Below, in pieces: positions 11,767-22,315 of a stretch of 64,000 bases of DNA. Location: NCBI RefSeq assembly GCF_029227855.1, contig NZ_CP074356.1, one strand, 5' to 3'. Made by a program: the position numbers and the translations under genes. The DNA comes from Escherichia coli (GTDB lineage Bacteria; Pseudomonadota; Gammaproteobacteria; Enterobacterales; Enterobacteriaceae). The notes beneath the pieces are model-generated. The model saw nothing but the letters and a program-made list of their open reading frames with translations, was not told the origin of the DNA and ran no database searches. Positions within the stretch are counted from its first letter, which is position 1. Every line of letters begins with the position of its first letter.

Positions 11767-11792
11767 AGGTCCGATGCCCATCGGACCTTTTT
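11767..11792. terminator. Bidirectional rho-independent terminator between convergent ecdD and ygbN
   Basis: aggtccgatg-ccc-atcggacct hairpin flanked by an A-run and a T-run. Confidence 0.75.
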
Positions 11793-11799
11793 ATTAAGG

Positions 11800-13164
11800 T
11801 CAAATTACCGCCCATACGCACCAGGTAATTAAGAATCCGGTAAAACCGAGAATGGTCGTTAACACTGTCCAGGTTTTCAGACCGTCTGCTACCGACAACC
11901 CCAGATATTTGGTCACAATCCAGAACCCTGAGTCATTAATATGTGACGCGCCAAGCCCACCAAAGCAGGCTGCCAGCGTCACCAATACGCACTGAATCGG
12001 ATTCAATCCCATCACCGCTTCTGAGAGTAACCCGCCGGTTGTCAGGATTGCTACGGTTGCTGACCCCTGCGATGCACGCAGCGCCAGTGAAATAATAAAT
12101 GCGGCTGGTAACAGAGGCAGGTCAATCATTTGTAGCATGTTGGCAAGGGCTTTGCCGACGCCCGATTCCACCAGCACTTTGCCAAATACCCCTCCAGCAC
12201 CAGTAACCAAAATCACTACCGCCGCGGTGGGAAGGGCTGAGCCCATAATGTCGCTGGTGTGTTGTAAGCTCCAGCCGCGACGTAAAGCCAATAACCAGAA
12301 TGCCAGCACCAGCGCAATCATTAGAGCTACCATTGGTGAGCCGATCAGCTGTAGCGTACCAAGCAGGGGATGCGAAGGCGGCATCAGTGTTGCGGAAACC
12401 GTACCCGCCATGATAATCGCGATAGGAATAACAATTAGCGAGGTGACCAGCGCGACGCCCGGTGGATTTATTTTATCGCTTAATTTTGTCGCGCCTTCCT
12501 CACTGGCCGGAGCCAGTTGCATCTGTTCCAGTACTTCCACCGACATCGCATATTGGCACTTATTGATTATTTTCGCTGCAAAGTAGCCAACAATCCCTAC
12601 GGGAATAGAAATCGCAATACCGATGATGGTTAGCCAGCCGATGTCTGCGTGGAGTAACCCCGCTGCGGCGACAGGGCCTGGATGCGGCGGTACCGCCACA
12701 TGAACAGTTAGCATGATTCCAGCGACAGGCAGGCCAAATTTGAGTGGCGATATTTTGGCAACCTTGGCAAAACCGTAAATGATTGGCGCAAGAATAATAA
12801 AGCCGACATCAAAGAAGACGGGAATACCGAGGAAGAACGCTGCCAGAGTCAGCGCAGCGATAGTTCGTTTGTCACCTAACTTGCGACTGAAATAATTAGC
12901 CAGTGACTCTGCACCACCAGAGTGTTCGATCATACGCCCCAGCATAGCGCCCAGACCAATAATAATAGTGACGGAACCAAGCACACCGCCCATCCCGGCG
13001 ATCATCACTTTACCCACTTCGCCCGCCGGTATACCCGCCGCAAGTGCGACTAACAGGCTGACGAGGAGCAGAGCAACGAATGGTTGTACCTTTGCCTTGA
13101 TGACCAGCAGCAACAGCATGATTACGCCAGTTAACGCAATGCATAACAATGTAATTGTGGACAT
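11800..13164 (-). CDS. ygbN: GntP-family permease YgbN
   Basis: Track ORF 454 aa, polytopic membrane protein of the GntP family. Confidence 0.9.
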   Translation of the reverse strand: MSTITLLCIALTGVIMLLLLVIKAKVQPFVALLLVSLLVALAAGIPAGEVGKVMIAGMGGVLGSVTIIIGLGAMLGRMIEHSGGAESLANYFSRKLGDKRTIAALTLAAFFLGIPVFFDVGFIILAPIIYGFAKVAKISPLKFGLPVAGIMLTVHVAVPPHPGPVAAAGLLHADIGWLTIIGIAISIPVGIVGYFAAKIINKCQYAMSVEVLEQMQLAPASEEGATKLSDKINPPGVALVTSLIVIPIAIIMAGTVSATLMPPSHPLLGTLQLIGSPMVALMIALVLAFWLLALRRGWSLQHTSDIMGSALPTAAVVILVTGAGGVFGKVLVESGVGKALANMLQMIDLPLLPAAFIISLALRASQGSATVAILTTGGLLSEAVMGLNPIQCVLVTLAACFGGLGASHINDSGFWIVTKYLGLSVADGLKTWTVLTTILGFTGFLITWCVWAVI

Positions 13165-13252
13165 GGGAAACCCTGTCTGAAAGTTATAGTTAACCTACCC
13201 CATCCGTAGATGGGGGGATGTATGGGTACGTTGTAATTAGGGATTTAACGAA

Positions 13253-14029
13253 TTAGCGCCAGGCGTCAAACCAGCCAAGCCCTTCTTCGGTGAGGCCACG
13301 AGGTTTATATTCACAACCGATCCAGCCCTGATATCCCACCTCATCGAACAGGCGGAACAGCCACGGATAGTTGATTTCTCCATCGTCCGGTTCATGTCGA
13401 TCAGGTAGTCCGGCAATTTGTACGTGCGCATATTTCCCGGCGTAGTCGCGGATTAAATGCGTCAGGTTGCCATCTACTTTTTGCGCATGAAAAGTATCTA
13501 GTTGAATAAACACGTTATCTCGCGCAACTTCTTCAACAATAGCCAGTGCCTGATACTGGCTGGAGAAGAGATAATGAGGCTTAACGCCGGGGCTGAGTGC
13601 TTCAACTAATATTCGCTTGCCGTGTGGCGCAAAGCGGTCGGCAGCGTAGCGGAGATTATCGATAAATACTGCCCTGTACCGTTCAGCATCTTCGCCAGCG
13701 GGCACGACGCCTGCCATCACATGGACTTGTTCACAATTGAGCGCCAATGCATATTCCAGTGCCAGGTCGATGTCTGCGTGTGCTTCGTGCTCACGTCCGG
13801 GAAGGGCGGATAATCCCCATTCCCCCGCATTAATATCTCCGGGAGCGGTATTGAACAGCGCCAGTGTCAGATGGTTTTGCTCCAGTTGCTTTTGGATTTG
13901 CAGGGTGGAGTAGTCATAGGGAAACAGAAATTCCACAGCATCGAACCCGGCTTTTCGCGCTGCGGCGAAGCGTTCAATAAAAGGCACTTCGGTGAACATC
14001 ATGGATAAATTAGCTGCAAAACGAGGCAT
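13253..14029 (-). CDS. ygbM: Hydroxypyruvate-isomerase-like TIM-barrel protein YgbM (2-oxo-tetronate isomerase, OtnI)
   Basis: Track ORF 258 aa; xylose-isomerase-like fold; conserved ygb cluster order. Confidence 0.85.
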   Translation of the reverse strand: MPRFAANLSMMFTEVPFIERFAAARKAGFDAVEFLFPYDYSTLQIQKQLEQNHLTLALFNTAPGDINAGEWGLSALPGREHEAHADIDLALEYALALNCEQVHVMAGVVPAGEDAERYRAVFIDNLRYAADRFAPHGKRILVEALSPGVKPHYLFSSQYQALAIVEEVARDNVFIQLDTFHAQKVDGNLTHLIRDYAGKYAHVQIAGLPDRHEPDDGEINYPWLFRLFDEVGYQGWIGCEYKPRGLTEEGLGWFDAWR

Positions 14030-14033
14030 TGCA

Positions 14034-14672
14034 TTAACTCCTTAATTCCGCAATTTCACCTGCGGTCAGATAACGGATCGGGCGGTCACCGAGAATAAAA
14101 ATCAGCTTTGCCGTTTCCTCCAGCTCTTCCATATTGTTGGCGGCTTCTTGCAGGCTTTCACCGCAAACCACTGGGCCATGATTTGCCAGTAAAAAAGCCT
14201 GATTGTCTGCTGCCAGTTCCGCCAGATCCTGTGCGATGCGTTTATCGCCCGGTCGGTAATAAGGCACCAGCGGGACATTTCCCATCCGCATCACCACGTA
14301 TGGTGTGAACGGACGAATAACGTTGCTGCTGTCCAGCCCTTGCAGGCAGGAAAGCGCCGTCGACCATGTGCTGTGCAAATGCACCACCGCTTTACAGCGC
14401 GGATTGTTGCGATACAGCGCCAGATGAAAGAGCACCTCTTTCGAGGGTTTGTCACCACTTAACCATTCGCCATCCGCGGCGACTTTGGAAAGCCGCTGCG
14501 GATCGAGATTGCCCAGGCATGAACCTGTCGGTGTCGCCAGTAAATTCCCGTCAGGTAAAAGCAGCGACAAATTGCCAGCCGAACCGGTTGCATAGCCGCG
14601 CTGAAAGAATGAACTGGCAATCCGCGTCATCTCCTCTCGCAAAGACTGCTCTACTTTTGCGAAATCGCTCAT
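14034..14672 (-). CDS. ygbL: Class II aldolase/adducin-family protein YgbL (3-oxo-tetronate 4-phosphate decarboxylase, OtnC)
   Basis: Track ORF 212 aa; class II aldolase family; 4-nt overlap with ygbK. Confidence 0.85.
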   Translation of the reverse strand: MSDFAKVEQSLREEMTRIASSFFQRGYATGSAGNLSLLLPDGNLLATPTGSCLGNLDPQRLSKVAADGEWLSGDKPSKEVLFHLALYRNNPRCKAVVHLHSTWSTALSCLQGLDSSNVIRPFTPYVVMRMGNVPLVPYYRPGDKRIAQDLAELAADNQAFLLANHGPVVCGESLQEAANNMEELEETAKLIFILGDRPIRYLTAGEIAELRS

Positions 14673-15931
14673 GATAAAAACTCTCTTTGGGCTCGTGAAA
14701 AAAAGGCTTCATCACCGAAGTTGCCAGATTTAAGGGCGAGTGAGACAGGTTTATCCAGTGCGTTTACCCACGGCACGCCGGGAGAAATGGTTGGGCCAAT
14801 ATGAAACCCTTTTATTCCCAGGCTCTGTGTGACTACGCCGGAGGTCTCACCGCCTGCGACAATAAAGCGTGTCACGCCTTCCGCTGCTAACCGCGCCGCT
14901 AGTTGAGAAAACAGTGTTTCTACTGCCTGACTGGCTTTATGTGCACCGTATTGCTGTTGAATTGCTGCCAATGCGTCAGTGCTGGCAGTGGCAAAAACCA
15001 GTGGAGCAAGTACACTTTCCTGGCCCAGAACCCACTCTGCCAGTTCGTGTGCATAAGCGGCCAGAGTTTCAATTGAGAGGCAGCGTGCCACATCAACTTC
15101 ACGGGCTGGTGCAATTTGACGGTAATGTGCTACCTGGCAGTTGGTCATTTGAGAGCATGAACCGGAGAGCACTACGCCGCGCCCAGCGAGCGGATGCCCT
15201 GCTTTGCGAGCCTGGTTACCGTTTTCTTGCGCCCACTGCCGGGCAAGGCCAATCGCCAGACCAGAACCGCCCGTTACCAGTGGGGTATCGCGCAAGGCTT
15301 CTCCCTGAATTTCCAGATGGTGTTCGGTCAGCGCATCAAGCACCGCGTAGCGGTAGCCCTCTTGCTGTAAGCGAGCCAGCTCTTGACGAACGGCATCCAC
15401 ACCTTGTTCGAAAACATGTGCCGAAACGACGCCGCAGCGCCCTGTGGATTGCGCTTCAACCAGACGGGGAAGATAGCTGTCGGTCATGGGATTTACCGGG
15501 TGATGGCGCATCCCGGATTCGGCCAGCAGTTGATTCATTACGAACAAATACCCCTGATAAACCGTACGTCCGTTGACCGGCAGGGCCGGAGAGAAGACCG
15601 TAAACGGCGTGTCGAGAGCATCCATTAATGCATCGGTAACCGGGCCGATATTACCTTTCGCCGAACTGTCGAAAGTAGAGCAGTATTTGAAATAGATCTG
15701 TTTGCAACCTTGCTGTTGCAACCAGCTCAGTGCCGCCAGCGATTGCTGTGTGGCTTCAACCACCGGACAGGAACGCGTTTTCAGGCTGATCACCAGTGCG
15801 TCGATTGCTTCCGGCATTTTACCTGTTGGAACACCGTTAATTTGTACCGTTGGTAGACCGTTTTCCACCAGAAAACTGGCGATATCCGTCGCGCCGGTAA
15901 AATCATCGGCGATAACGCCAATCTTGATCAT
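14669..15931 (-). CDS. ygbK: Four-carbon acid sugar kinase YgbK (3-oxo-tetronate kinase, OtnK)
   Basis: Track ORF 420 aa; N-terminal MIKIGVIADDFTGATD motif. Confidence 0.85.
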   Translation of the reverse strand: MIKIGVIADDFTGATDIASFLVENGLPTVQINGVPTGKMPEAIDALVISLKTRSCPVVEATQQSLAALSWLQQQGCKQIYFKYCSTFDSSAKGNIGPVTDALMDALDTPFTVFSPALPVNGRTVYQGYLFVMNQLLAESGMRHHPVNPMTDSYLPRLVEAQSTGRCGVVSAHVFEQGVDAVRQELARLQQEGYRYAVLDALTEHHLEIQGEALRDTPLVTGGSGLAIGLARQWAQENGNQARKAGHPLAGRGVVLSGSCSQMTNCQVAHYRQIAPAREVDVARCLSIETLAAYAHELAEWVLGQESVLAPLVFATASTDALAAIQQQYGAHKASQAVETLFSQLAARLAAEGVTRFIVAGGETSGVVTQSLGIKGFHIGPTISPGVPWVNALDKPVSLALKSGNFGDEAFFSRAQREFLS

Positions 15932-16836
15932 GATTTCGCTCCCGGTAGAGTGATGCCAGAGAAAATCTTGATAACTGCGCTATCGTCTTCTTTCCCGTAA
16001 CCCGCGTTACTGGCGCTGGTGAACATATTCAATGCTGTTGAGGCCAATGGCAGCGGGAAGTGCAGGGCTTTGGCTGTATCGGCAACCAGACCAAGATCCT
16101 TAACAAAAATATCGACGGCTGAATGCGGGGTGTAATCGCCATCCACCACATGACGCATCCGGTTTTCGAACATCCAGGAATTTCCGGCGGCATTGGTCAC
16201 GACGTCATACATCACATCCAGCGGGATCCCCGCACGGGCTGCAAGTGCCATCGCTTCGGCTCCGGCAGCAATATGTACGCCCGCTAACAACTGGTGAATA
16301 ATTTTTACGGTCGAACCTAGTCCCGGTTCTGCACCTATGCGATAAACTTTTCCGGCAACGGCTTCCAGCACGGGTGCCAGTCGTTCAAAGGCAATATCGC
16401 TACCGGAGGCCATGACAGTCATTTCACCGTTAGCGGCTTTTACTGCACCACCAGAAACTGGCGCATCCAGCATTTCCAGATCGAATCCAGCCAGAGCGGT
16501 AGCAATTTCTTGCGCATCAGCACTAGCGATAGTGGAAGAAACCATTACTGCCGTACCGGGTTTCAGATGTTGTGCAACGCCTGTTTCACCAAACAGCACC
16601 TGTTTAACCTGGGCCGCATTGACCACCAGCACCAGCAGAGCGTCCAGTTTTTCGGCAAACGTCGCGGCGTTATCAGAAACCCCGCAAGCACCTGCCTCTT
16701 TCAACGTAGCGCAGGCATTGCTGTTCAGGTCTGCGCCCCAGGTAGAAAGACCTGCGCGGACACATGACAGTGCTGCTCCCATTCCCATTGACCCTAAGCC
16801 AACGATACCGACATGAAACTCAGATCCCGTTTTCAT
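15928..16836 (-). CDS. ygbJ: NAD-dependent 3-hydroxyisobutyrate-dehydrogenase-family enzyme YgbJ (L-threonate dehydrogenase, LtnD)
   Basis: Track ORF 302 aa; Rossmann motif GIVGLGSMG. Confidence 0.85.
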   Translation of the reverse strand: MKTGSEFHVGIVGLGSMGMGAALSCVRAGLSTWGADLNSNACATLKEAGACGVSDNAATFAEKLDALLVLVVNAAQVKQVLFGETGVAQHLKPGTAVMVSSTIASADAQEIATALAGFDLEMLDAPVSGGAVKAANGEMTVMASGSDIAFERLAPVLEAVAGKVYRIGAEPGLGSTVKIIHQLLAGVHIAAGAEAMALAARAGIPLDVMYDVVTNAAGNSWMFENRMRHVVDGDYTPHSAVDIFVKDLGLVADTAKALHFPLPLASTALNMFTSASNAGYGKEDDSAVIKIFSGITLPGAKS

Positions 16837-17031
16837 CTGCTCTCCTTGTTAATTTAAGTGATATTTTGTTTGATATTGTGAATATAGGCGCTGGAAGATA
16901 ACGATATGGTGAGCTGATTCACAAAAATTAACATTGTGTGTTATTTTATGTGAACTAAGCGTTAGTTGCGCCGCGCACGTTTCGCAGGCAAATAGCGTAG
17001 AATGTCAGCAGGACAAAGGAAGGAGCAAAAG

Positions 17032-17799
17032 TTGATACCCGTAGAGCGTCGCCAAATCATCCTTGAGATGGTAGCTGAAAAAGGCATTGTCAGTATTGCT
17101 GAACTAACGGACAGAATGAATGTGTCACATATGACCATTCGTCGGGATTTACAAAAACTGGAGCAGCAGGGAGCCGTTGTGCTGGTGTCCGGAGGCGTCC
17201 AGTCTCCGGGACGCGTGGCGCATGAACCTTCTCATCAGGTAAAAACTGCGCTGGCAATGACGCAAAAAGCGGCTATTGGCAAGCTGGCGGCAAGTCTTGT
17301 TCAGCCGGGAAGTTGTATCTATCTGGATGCGGGAACGACCACGCTAGCGATAGCACAGCATCTGATTCACATGGAGTCACTGACTGTGGTCACAAACGAT
17401 TTCGTTATTGCGGACTACTTGCTCGACAACAGTAATTGCACAATTATTCACACTGGCGGTGCAGTGTGTCGGGAAAACCGTTCCTGTGTCGGGGAAGCCG
17501 CTGCGACCATGCTGCGCAGCCTGATGATTGATCAGGCTTTTATTTCTGCATCGTCATGGAGTGTGCGGGGGATTTCTACGCCAGCGGAAGATAAAGTCAC
17601 GGTGAAACGGGCGATTGCCAGTGCCAGCCGCCAGCGAGTTTTGGTCTGTGATGCGACGAAATATGGTCAGGTGGCGACATGGCTGGCGTTACCATTAAGC
17701 GAGTTTGATCAGATTATTACAGACGACGGTTTGCCGGAGAGTGCCAGTCGCGCGCTGGCGAAGCAGGATCTCTCTTTGCTGGTAGCGAAAAATGAATAA
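17032..17799 (+). CDS. ygbI: DeoR-family transcriptional regulator YgbI
   Basis: Track ORF 17002..17799; I prefer the in-frame TTG at 17032, which has an AAGGAAGGAG Shine-Dalgarno 6 nt upstream and gives 255 aa; the ATG at 17002 has no Shine-Dalgarno and is an alternative. Confidence 0.8.
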   Translation: MIPVERRQIILEMVAEKGIVSIAELTDRMNVSHMTIRRDLQKLEQQGAVVLVSGGVQSPGRVAHEPSHQVKTALAMTQKAAIGKLAASLVQPGSCIYLDAGTTTLAIAQHLIHMESLTVVTNDFVIADYLLDNSNCTIIHTGGAVCRENRSCVGEAAATMLRSLMIDQAFISASSWSVRGISTPAEDKVTVKRAIASASRQRVLVCDATKYGQVATWLALPLSEFDQIITDDGLPESASRALAKQDLSLLVAKNE

Positions 17800-17849
17800 T
17801 GGCCTGCAATAACACCGGGTTACTCATGCTTCACAGAAGAAGCATGAGA

Positions 17850-18506
17850 CTACTTTATTTTATAAAATGACAGCCGCCCGCTTTTCGGCGATCCGGTATC
17901 AATATAAATCTGGTTTGCGAATGTCTGAATGTTATCAAACATCATATGTCCAAATATAAAATAATCAGCGCCGTTTATTTGTTGTAACTCGCCATTAAGC
18001 GATTTCTGCACACGATCAACAGGCCAGAGTAGTTCTCTCTCCGCTATTTCTTTGCCAAAGAGATATTCATTCCCCGGATAATCTGCATGTGCGATGACAT
18101 ATTTTATTATGTCGTTAGTGATTTCAATAATATGTGGAAGGCGATGAAATTTCAGCAACAGATTTATTGCTTCTTGTTGTTCCGTCTCATTTAATTCAAA
18201 GAACCAGTCGCCGCCGCTGGCAAGCCACATATTTCCATCGCCAGTTTCGAATGCATCAAGCGCCATCGCTTCATGGTTGCCTTTAACCGATGTAAACCAG
18301 GGCTGGTTTAACAGGCGTAGTACGTTAAGACTCTCCGGCCCACGATCAATATTATCGCCGACAGAAATAAGTAAGTCGGTTTCAGGGAAAAAAGAGAGTT
18401 GATGTAAGCGGGATTGTAATAATTGATAGTCACCATGAATATCACCAACGGCCCATATATAACGATAGTGATGGGCATTAATTTTTTGATAGCGTGTAGA
18501 TGGCAT
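17850..18506 (-). CDS. pphB: Serine/threonine protein phosphatase 2
   Basis: Track ORF 218 aa; calcineurin-like phosphoesterase motifs GDIHG, GDNIDRG and GNHE. Confidence 0.9.
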   Translation of the reverse strand: MPSTRYQKINAHHYRYIWAVGDIHGDYQLLQSRLHQLSFFPETDLLISVGDNIDRGPESLNVLRLLNQPWFTSVKGNHEAMALDAFETGDGNMWLASGGDWFFELNETEQQEAINLLLKFHRLPHIIEITNDIIKYVIAHADYPGNEYLFGKEIAERELLWPVDRVQKSLNGELQQINGADYFIFGHMMFDNIQTFANQIYIDTGSPKSGRLSFYKIK

Positions 18507-18611
18507 GGTTTTACCCTGTAAAATAAGATTTCCTATTATACAGGGTGTTTTTATTTGATTCGTCAGTTGTCGTTAATATTCCCGATAGCAAAAGACTATC
18601 GGGAATTGTTA

Positions 18612-21173
18612 TTACACCAGACTCTTCAAGCGATAAATCCACTCCAGCGCCTGACGCGGAGTCAGTGAATCCGGGTCGAGGTTTTCCAGTGCCTCGACCG
18701 CAGGCGAAGTTTCTTCTGGTACGGACAGCAAAGACATCTGCGTGCCATCTACCTGCGTCGCGGCGGCATTCGGCGAAATGCTCTCCAGCTCACGCAGTTT
18801 CTGCCGCGCGCGTTTGATCACCTCTTTTGGCACGCCCGCAAGGGCTGCAACCGCCAGGCCGTAGCTTTTGCTCGCCGCGCCATCCTGCACGCTGTGCATA
18901 AAGGCAATGGTGTCGCCGTGCTCCAGTGCATCGAGATGCACGTTGGCGACGCCTTCCATTTTCTCCGGTAACTGGGTCAGCTCGAAATAGTGGGTGGCAA
19001 ACAACGTCAACGCTTTAATCTTATTCGCCAGATTTTCCGCGCACGCCCACGCCAGCGACAGACCATCGTAAGTGGACGTCCCGCGCCCAATCTCATCCAT
19101 CAGTACCAGACTGTACTCGGTGGCGTTATGTAAAATATTGGCGGTTTCGGTCATTTCCACCATAAAGGTTGAACGCCCGGATGCCAGATCATCCGCTGCC
19201 CCTACGCGGGTAAAGATGCGATCGATAGGTCCAATCTCGACTTTTTGTGCCGGTACATAGCTGCCGATGTAGGCCATCAGCGCAATCAGTGCGGTCTGGC
19301 GCATATAGGTACTTTTACCGCCCATATTCGGACCGGTAATGATCAACATGCGACGCTGCGGCGACAGGTTCAGCGGGTTGGCGATAAACGGCTCATTCAG
19401 CACCTGTTCAACCACCGGATGGCGGCCTTCGGTGATGCGAATACCCGGTTTATCAATAAAGGTCGGGCAGGTGTAGTTCAGGGTATAGGCCCGTTCCGCC
19501 AGGTTCACCAGCACGTCGAGTTCCGCCAGTGCGCTCGCGCTCTGTTGCAACGCTTCCAGATGCGGCAACAGCAGGTCGAACAGCTCTTCATAAAGCTGTT
19601 TTTCCAGTGCCAGTGCTTTGCCTTTTGAAGTGAGAACTTTGTCTTCGTACTCTTTTAGCTCTGGAATAATGTAGCGCTCGGCGTTTTTCAGCGTCTGGCG
19701 ACGCATGTAATTGATGGGTGCCAGATGGCTTTGTCCACGGCTGATCTGAATGTAATAACCATGAACCGCGTTAAAGCCGACTTTCAGGGTGTCCAGGCCA
19801 GTACGTTCACGCTCGCGGACTTCCAGACGCTCCAGATAATCGGTCGCGCCGTCAGCCAGCGCGCGCCACTCATCCAGCTCTTCGTTATAGCCCGGTGCGA
19901 TAACACCACCGTCGCGTACCAGCACCGGCGGTGTGTCGATGATTGCTCGCTCCAGCAGATCGCGCAGCTCGGCAAACTCGCCCATTTTTTCACGCAGCGC
20001 CTGTACCGGAGCGCTATCGACATTTTCTAACTGCGCGCGCAGCTCCGGCAGTTGCTGGAAAGCGTGACGCATACGGGCCAGATCGCGTGGGCGAGCAGTT
20101 CGTAAAGCCAGACGCGCCAGAATACGTTCCAGGTCGCCGACCTGACGCAGTACCGGCTGCAGCTCGGCGGTGAAATCCTGCAATGCGCCAATAGTTTGCT
20201 GGCGCTCAAGCAAGACGCGGGTATCGCGCACTGGCATATGCAGCCAGCGTTTCAGCATACGGCTGCCCATCGGCGTGACGGTGCAGTCGAGCACAGAAGC
20301 CAGCGTATTTTCCGCACCACCCGCCAGGTTCTGGGTGATTTCCAGATTACGACGCGTCGCGGCATCCATAATGATGCTGTCCTGCTCACGTTCCATGGTG
20401 ATGGAACGAATATGCGGCAGAGTCGTACGTTGGGTATCTTTCGCATACTGCAACAGACAACCGGCAGCACAAAGTCCGCGCGGCGCGTTCTCGACGCCAA
20501 AACCGACCAGATCGCGGGTGCCAAATTGCAGATTCAACTGCTGGCGCGCGGTGTCGATTTCAAACTCCCACAGCGGGCGACGGCGCAGGCCGCGACGGCC
20601 TTCAATTAACGACATTTCAGCAAAATCTTCTGCATACAGCAGTTCCGCAGGATTAGTGCGTTGCAGTTCTGCCGCCATCGTTTCCCGGTCAGCCGGTTCG
20701 CTCAGGCGAAAACGACCGGAGCTGATATCCAGCGTCGCGTAGCCGAAACCTTTGCTGTCCTGCCAGATAGCCGCCAGCAGGTTGTCCTGACGCTCCTGCA
20801 ACAGGGCTTCATCGCTGATGGTGCCTGGCGTAACGATACGCACAACTTTGCGCTCAACCGGACCTTTGCTGGTCGCCGGATCGCCAATTTGTTCGCAGAT
20901 GGCAACGGACTCGCCCTGATTCACCAGTTTGGCGAGGTAGTTTTCCACCGCATGGTAGGGAATCCCCGCCATCGGGATCGGCTCTCCCGCCGAAGCACCG
21001 CGTTTGGTCAGTGAAATATCCAGCAGTTGCGATGCGCGTTTTGCGTCGTCATAAAACAGTTCATAAAAATCACCCATCCGGTAAAACAGCAGGATCTCGG
21101 GATGCTGGGCTTTCAGCTTGAGATATTGCTGCATCATGGGCGTATGGGCATCGAAATTTTCTATTGCACTCAT
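18612..21173 (-). CDS. mutS: DNA mismatch repair protein MutS
   Basis: Track ORF 853 aa; Walker [10 protein letters not shown]; MutS family. Confidence 0.97.
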   Translation of the reverse strand: MSAIENFDAHTPMMQQYLKLKAQHPEILLFYRMGDFYELFYDDAKRASQLLDISLTKRGASAGEPIPMAGIPYHAVENYLAKLVNQGESVAICEQIGDPATSKGPVERKVVRIVTPGTISDEALLQERQDNLLAAIWQDSKGFGYATLDISSGRFRLSEPADRETMAAELQRTNPAELLYAEDFAEMSLIEGRRGLRRRPLWEFEIDTARQQLNLQFGTRDLVGFGVENAPRGLCAAGCLLQYAKDTQRTTLPHIRSITMEREQDSIIMDAATRRNLEITQNLAGGAENTLASVLDCTVTPMGSRMLKRWLHMPVRDTRVLLERQQTIGALQDFTAELQPVLRQVGDLERILARLALRTARPRDLARMRHAFQQLPELRAQLENVDSAPVQALREKMGEFAELRDLLERAIIDTPPVLVRDGGVIAPGYNEELDEWRALADGATDYLERLEVRERERTGLDTLKVGFNAVHGYYIQISRGQSHLAPINYMRRQTLKNAERYIIPELKEYEDKVLTSKGKALALEKQLYEELFDLLLPHLEALQQSASALAELDVLVNLAERAYTLNYTCPTFIDKPGIRITEGRHPVVEQVLNEPFIANPLNLSPQRRMLIITGPNMGGKSTYMRQTALIALMAYIGSYVPAQKVEIGPIDRIFTRVGAADDLASGRSTFMVEMTETANILHNATEYSLVLMDEIGRGTSTYDGLSLAWACAENLANKIKALTLFATHYFELTQLPEKMEGVANVHLDALEHGDTIAFMHSVQDGAASKSYGLAVAALAGVPKEVIKRARQKLRELESISPNAAATQVDGTQMSLLSVPEETSPAVEALENLDPDSLTPRQALEWIYRLKSLV

Positions 21174-21419
21174 GGGGTTATGTCCGGTTCCCTGATATTA
21201 AATGGGGTGTGATGGTTTTTATTTTCGTTGTAATCACATAAGGCGCACATGATACCGGAGTTAATCATTTCAGGGGAAGAAGCGAACGGCGAGTTCTTGA
21301 GGGTGATTCCGGGAAAGATGCTGTTTTGCAGCTTTTGCGTGATGATTATGAAGCAAGTACGCAAAATTGCGTCGGTTGAATAAACCTCCTCCTTCAGAGC
21401 CATAGTCCCCTTTCAAATT

Positions 21420-21442
21420 AAGTTGTAATATAAATACACCTT
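21420..21442 (+). promoter_or_regulatory. Candidate NsrR operator upstream of ygbA
   Basis: AAGTTGTAATATAAATACACCTT resembles the NsrR inverted repeat (AAGATGYATTT-N-AAATRCATCTT); ends 17 nt upstream of the ygbA ATG. Confidence 0.45.
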
Positions 21443-21459
21443 AAGAGTATGGAGGCAGC

Positions 21460-21804
21460 ATGTCCGGCAAGCGTATCTCTCGTGAAAAACTGACGATTAA
21501 AAAAATGATCGATCTTTATCAAGCGAAATGCCCGCAGGCGTCAGCGGAGCCGGAGCATTACGACGCGCTGTTTGCCTACGCGCAAAAGCGGCTGGATAAA
21601 TGTGTGTTCGGCGAAGAGAAACCAGCCTGTAAGCAGTGTCCGGTGCACTGTTACCAGCCTGCAAAGCGTGAAGAGATGAAACAGATTATGCGTTGGGCCG
21701 GGCCGCGAATGCTGTGGCGTCATCCGATCTTAACCGTGCGTCATCTCATCGATGACAAGCGTCCGGTGCCGGAGTTGCCAGAAAAATATCGTCCAAAGAA
21801 ATAA
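21460..21804 (+). CDS. ygbA: Cysteine-rich conserved protein YgbA
   Basis: Track ORF 114 aa; conserved neighbour of mutS. Confidence 0.85.
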   Translation: MSGKRISREKLTIKKMIDLYQAKCPQASAEPEHYDALFAYAQKRLDKCVFGEEKPACKQCPVHCYQPAKREEMKQIMRWAGPRMLWRHPILTVRHLIDDKRPVPELPEKYRPKK

Positions 21805-21807
21805 ATC

Positions 21808-21832
21808 TGCCGGAGAGCCATACTCTCCGGCA
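21808..21832. terminator. Bidirectional terminator hairpin between ygbA and the convergent TOBE gene
   Basis: 10-bp perfect stem tgccggagag/ctctccggca with a 5-nt loop; A/T-rich flanks on both sides. Confidence 0.6.
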
Positions 21833-21842
21833 AATAAGGCGT

Positions 21843-22271
21843 TTACGCTTTGGTGGCAATCAGGATGGCTGATGCTTTGATCAATGCAATAACGCGCGAG
21901 CCAGTGGTGAGTTTCATTTCATCCTGACTTTCATTTGTTACCACTGCCACAATTTCAAAACCCGCATCCGTTTTGATATGGACAGTGGCGTTCACTGCGC
22001 CTTCGGTGATTGTCGACACGCTGCCAGCAAACTGGTTGCGAGCAGAGAATTTCAGTCCACAGTCTTCCGTTGCCAGCGTTACCCACGGGGCTTTAATCAG
22101 GGCAATCGCTTCTTTCCCTTTCGCCAGACCCAGAGCCTGCTGGCTGCTGTGAGTCACAATTGCCACCAGCTTTGCACCACCTGCCAGCGTCAGTTCTACT
22201 TCGTCATTCACCGCGCCCATTGCTACTGCGCTAACTGTTCCGGTTAATTGATTTCTTGCTGAAACTGCCAT
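21843..22271 (-). CDS. Tandem TOBE (Mop-like) domain protein, putative molybdate/oxyanion-binding molbindin
   Basis: Track ORF 21843..22310; start set to the ATG preceded by an AAAGGAGG Shine-Dalgarno (142 aa); two internal repeats beginning SARNQLTGTVSAV and SARNQFAGSVSTI. Confidence 0.7.
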   Translation of the reverse strand: MAVSARNQLTGTVSAVAMGAVNDEVELTLAGGAKLVAIVTHSSQQALGLAKGKEAIALIKAPWVTLATEDCGLKFSARNQFAGSVSTITEGAVNATVHIKTDAGFEIVAVVTNESQDEMKLTTGSRVIALIKASAILIATKA

Positions 22272-22315
22272 ACTGCCTCCTTTCATTGAATGTTGATCGA
22301 GTATAACCACATCTG

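Noticed and set aside
20170-20742. 190-aa and 137-aa plus-strand ORFs
   Set aside because: Antisense to mutS; spurious
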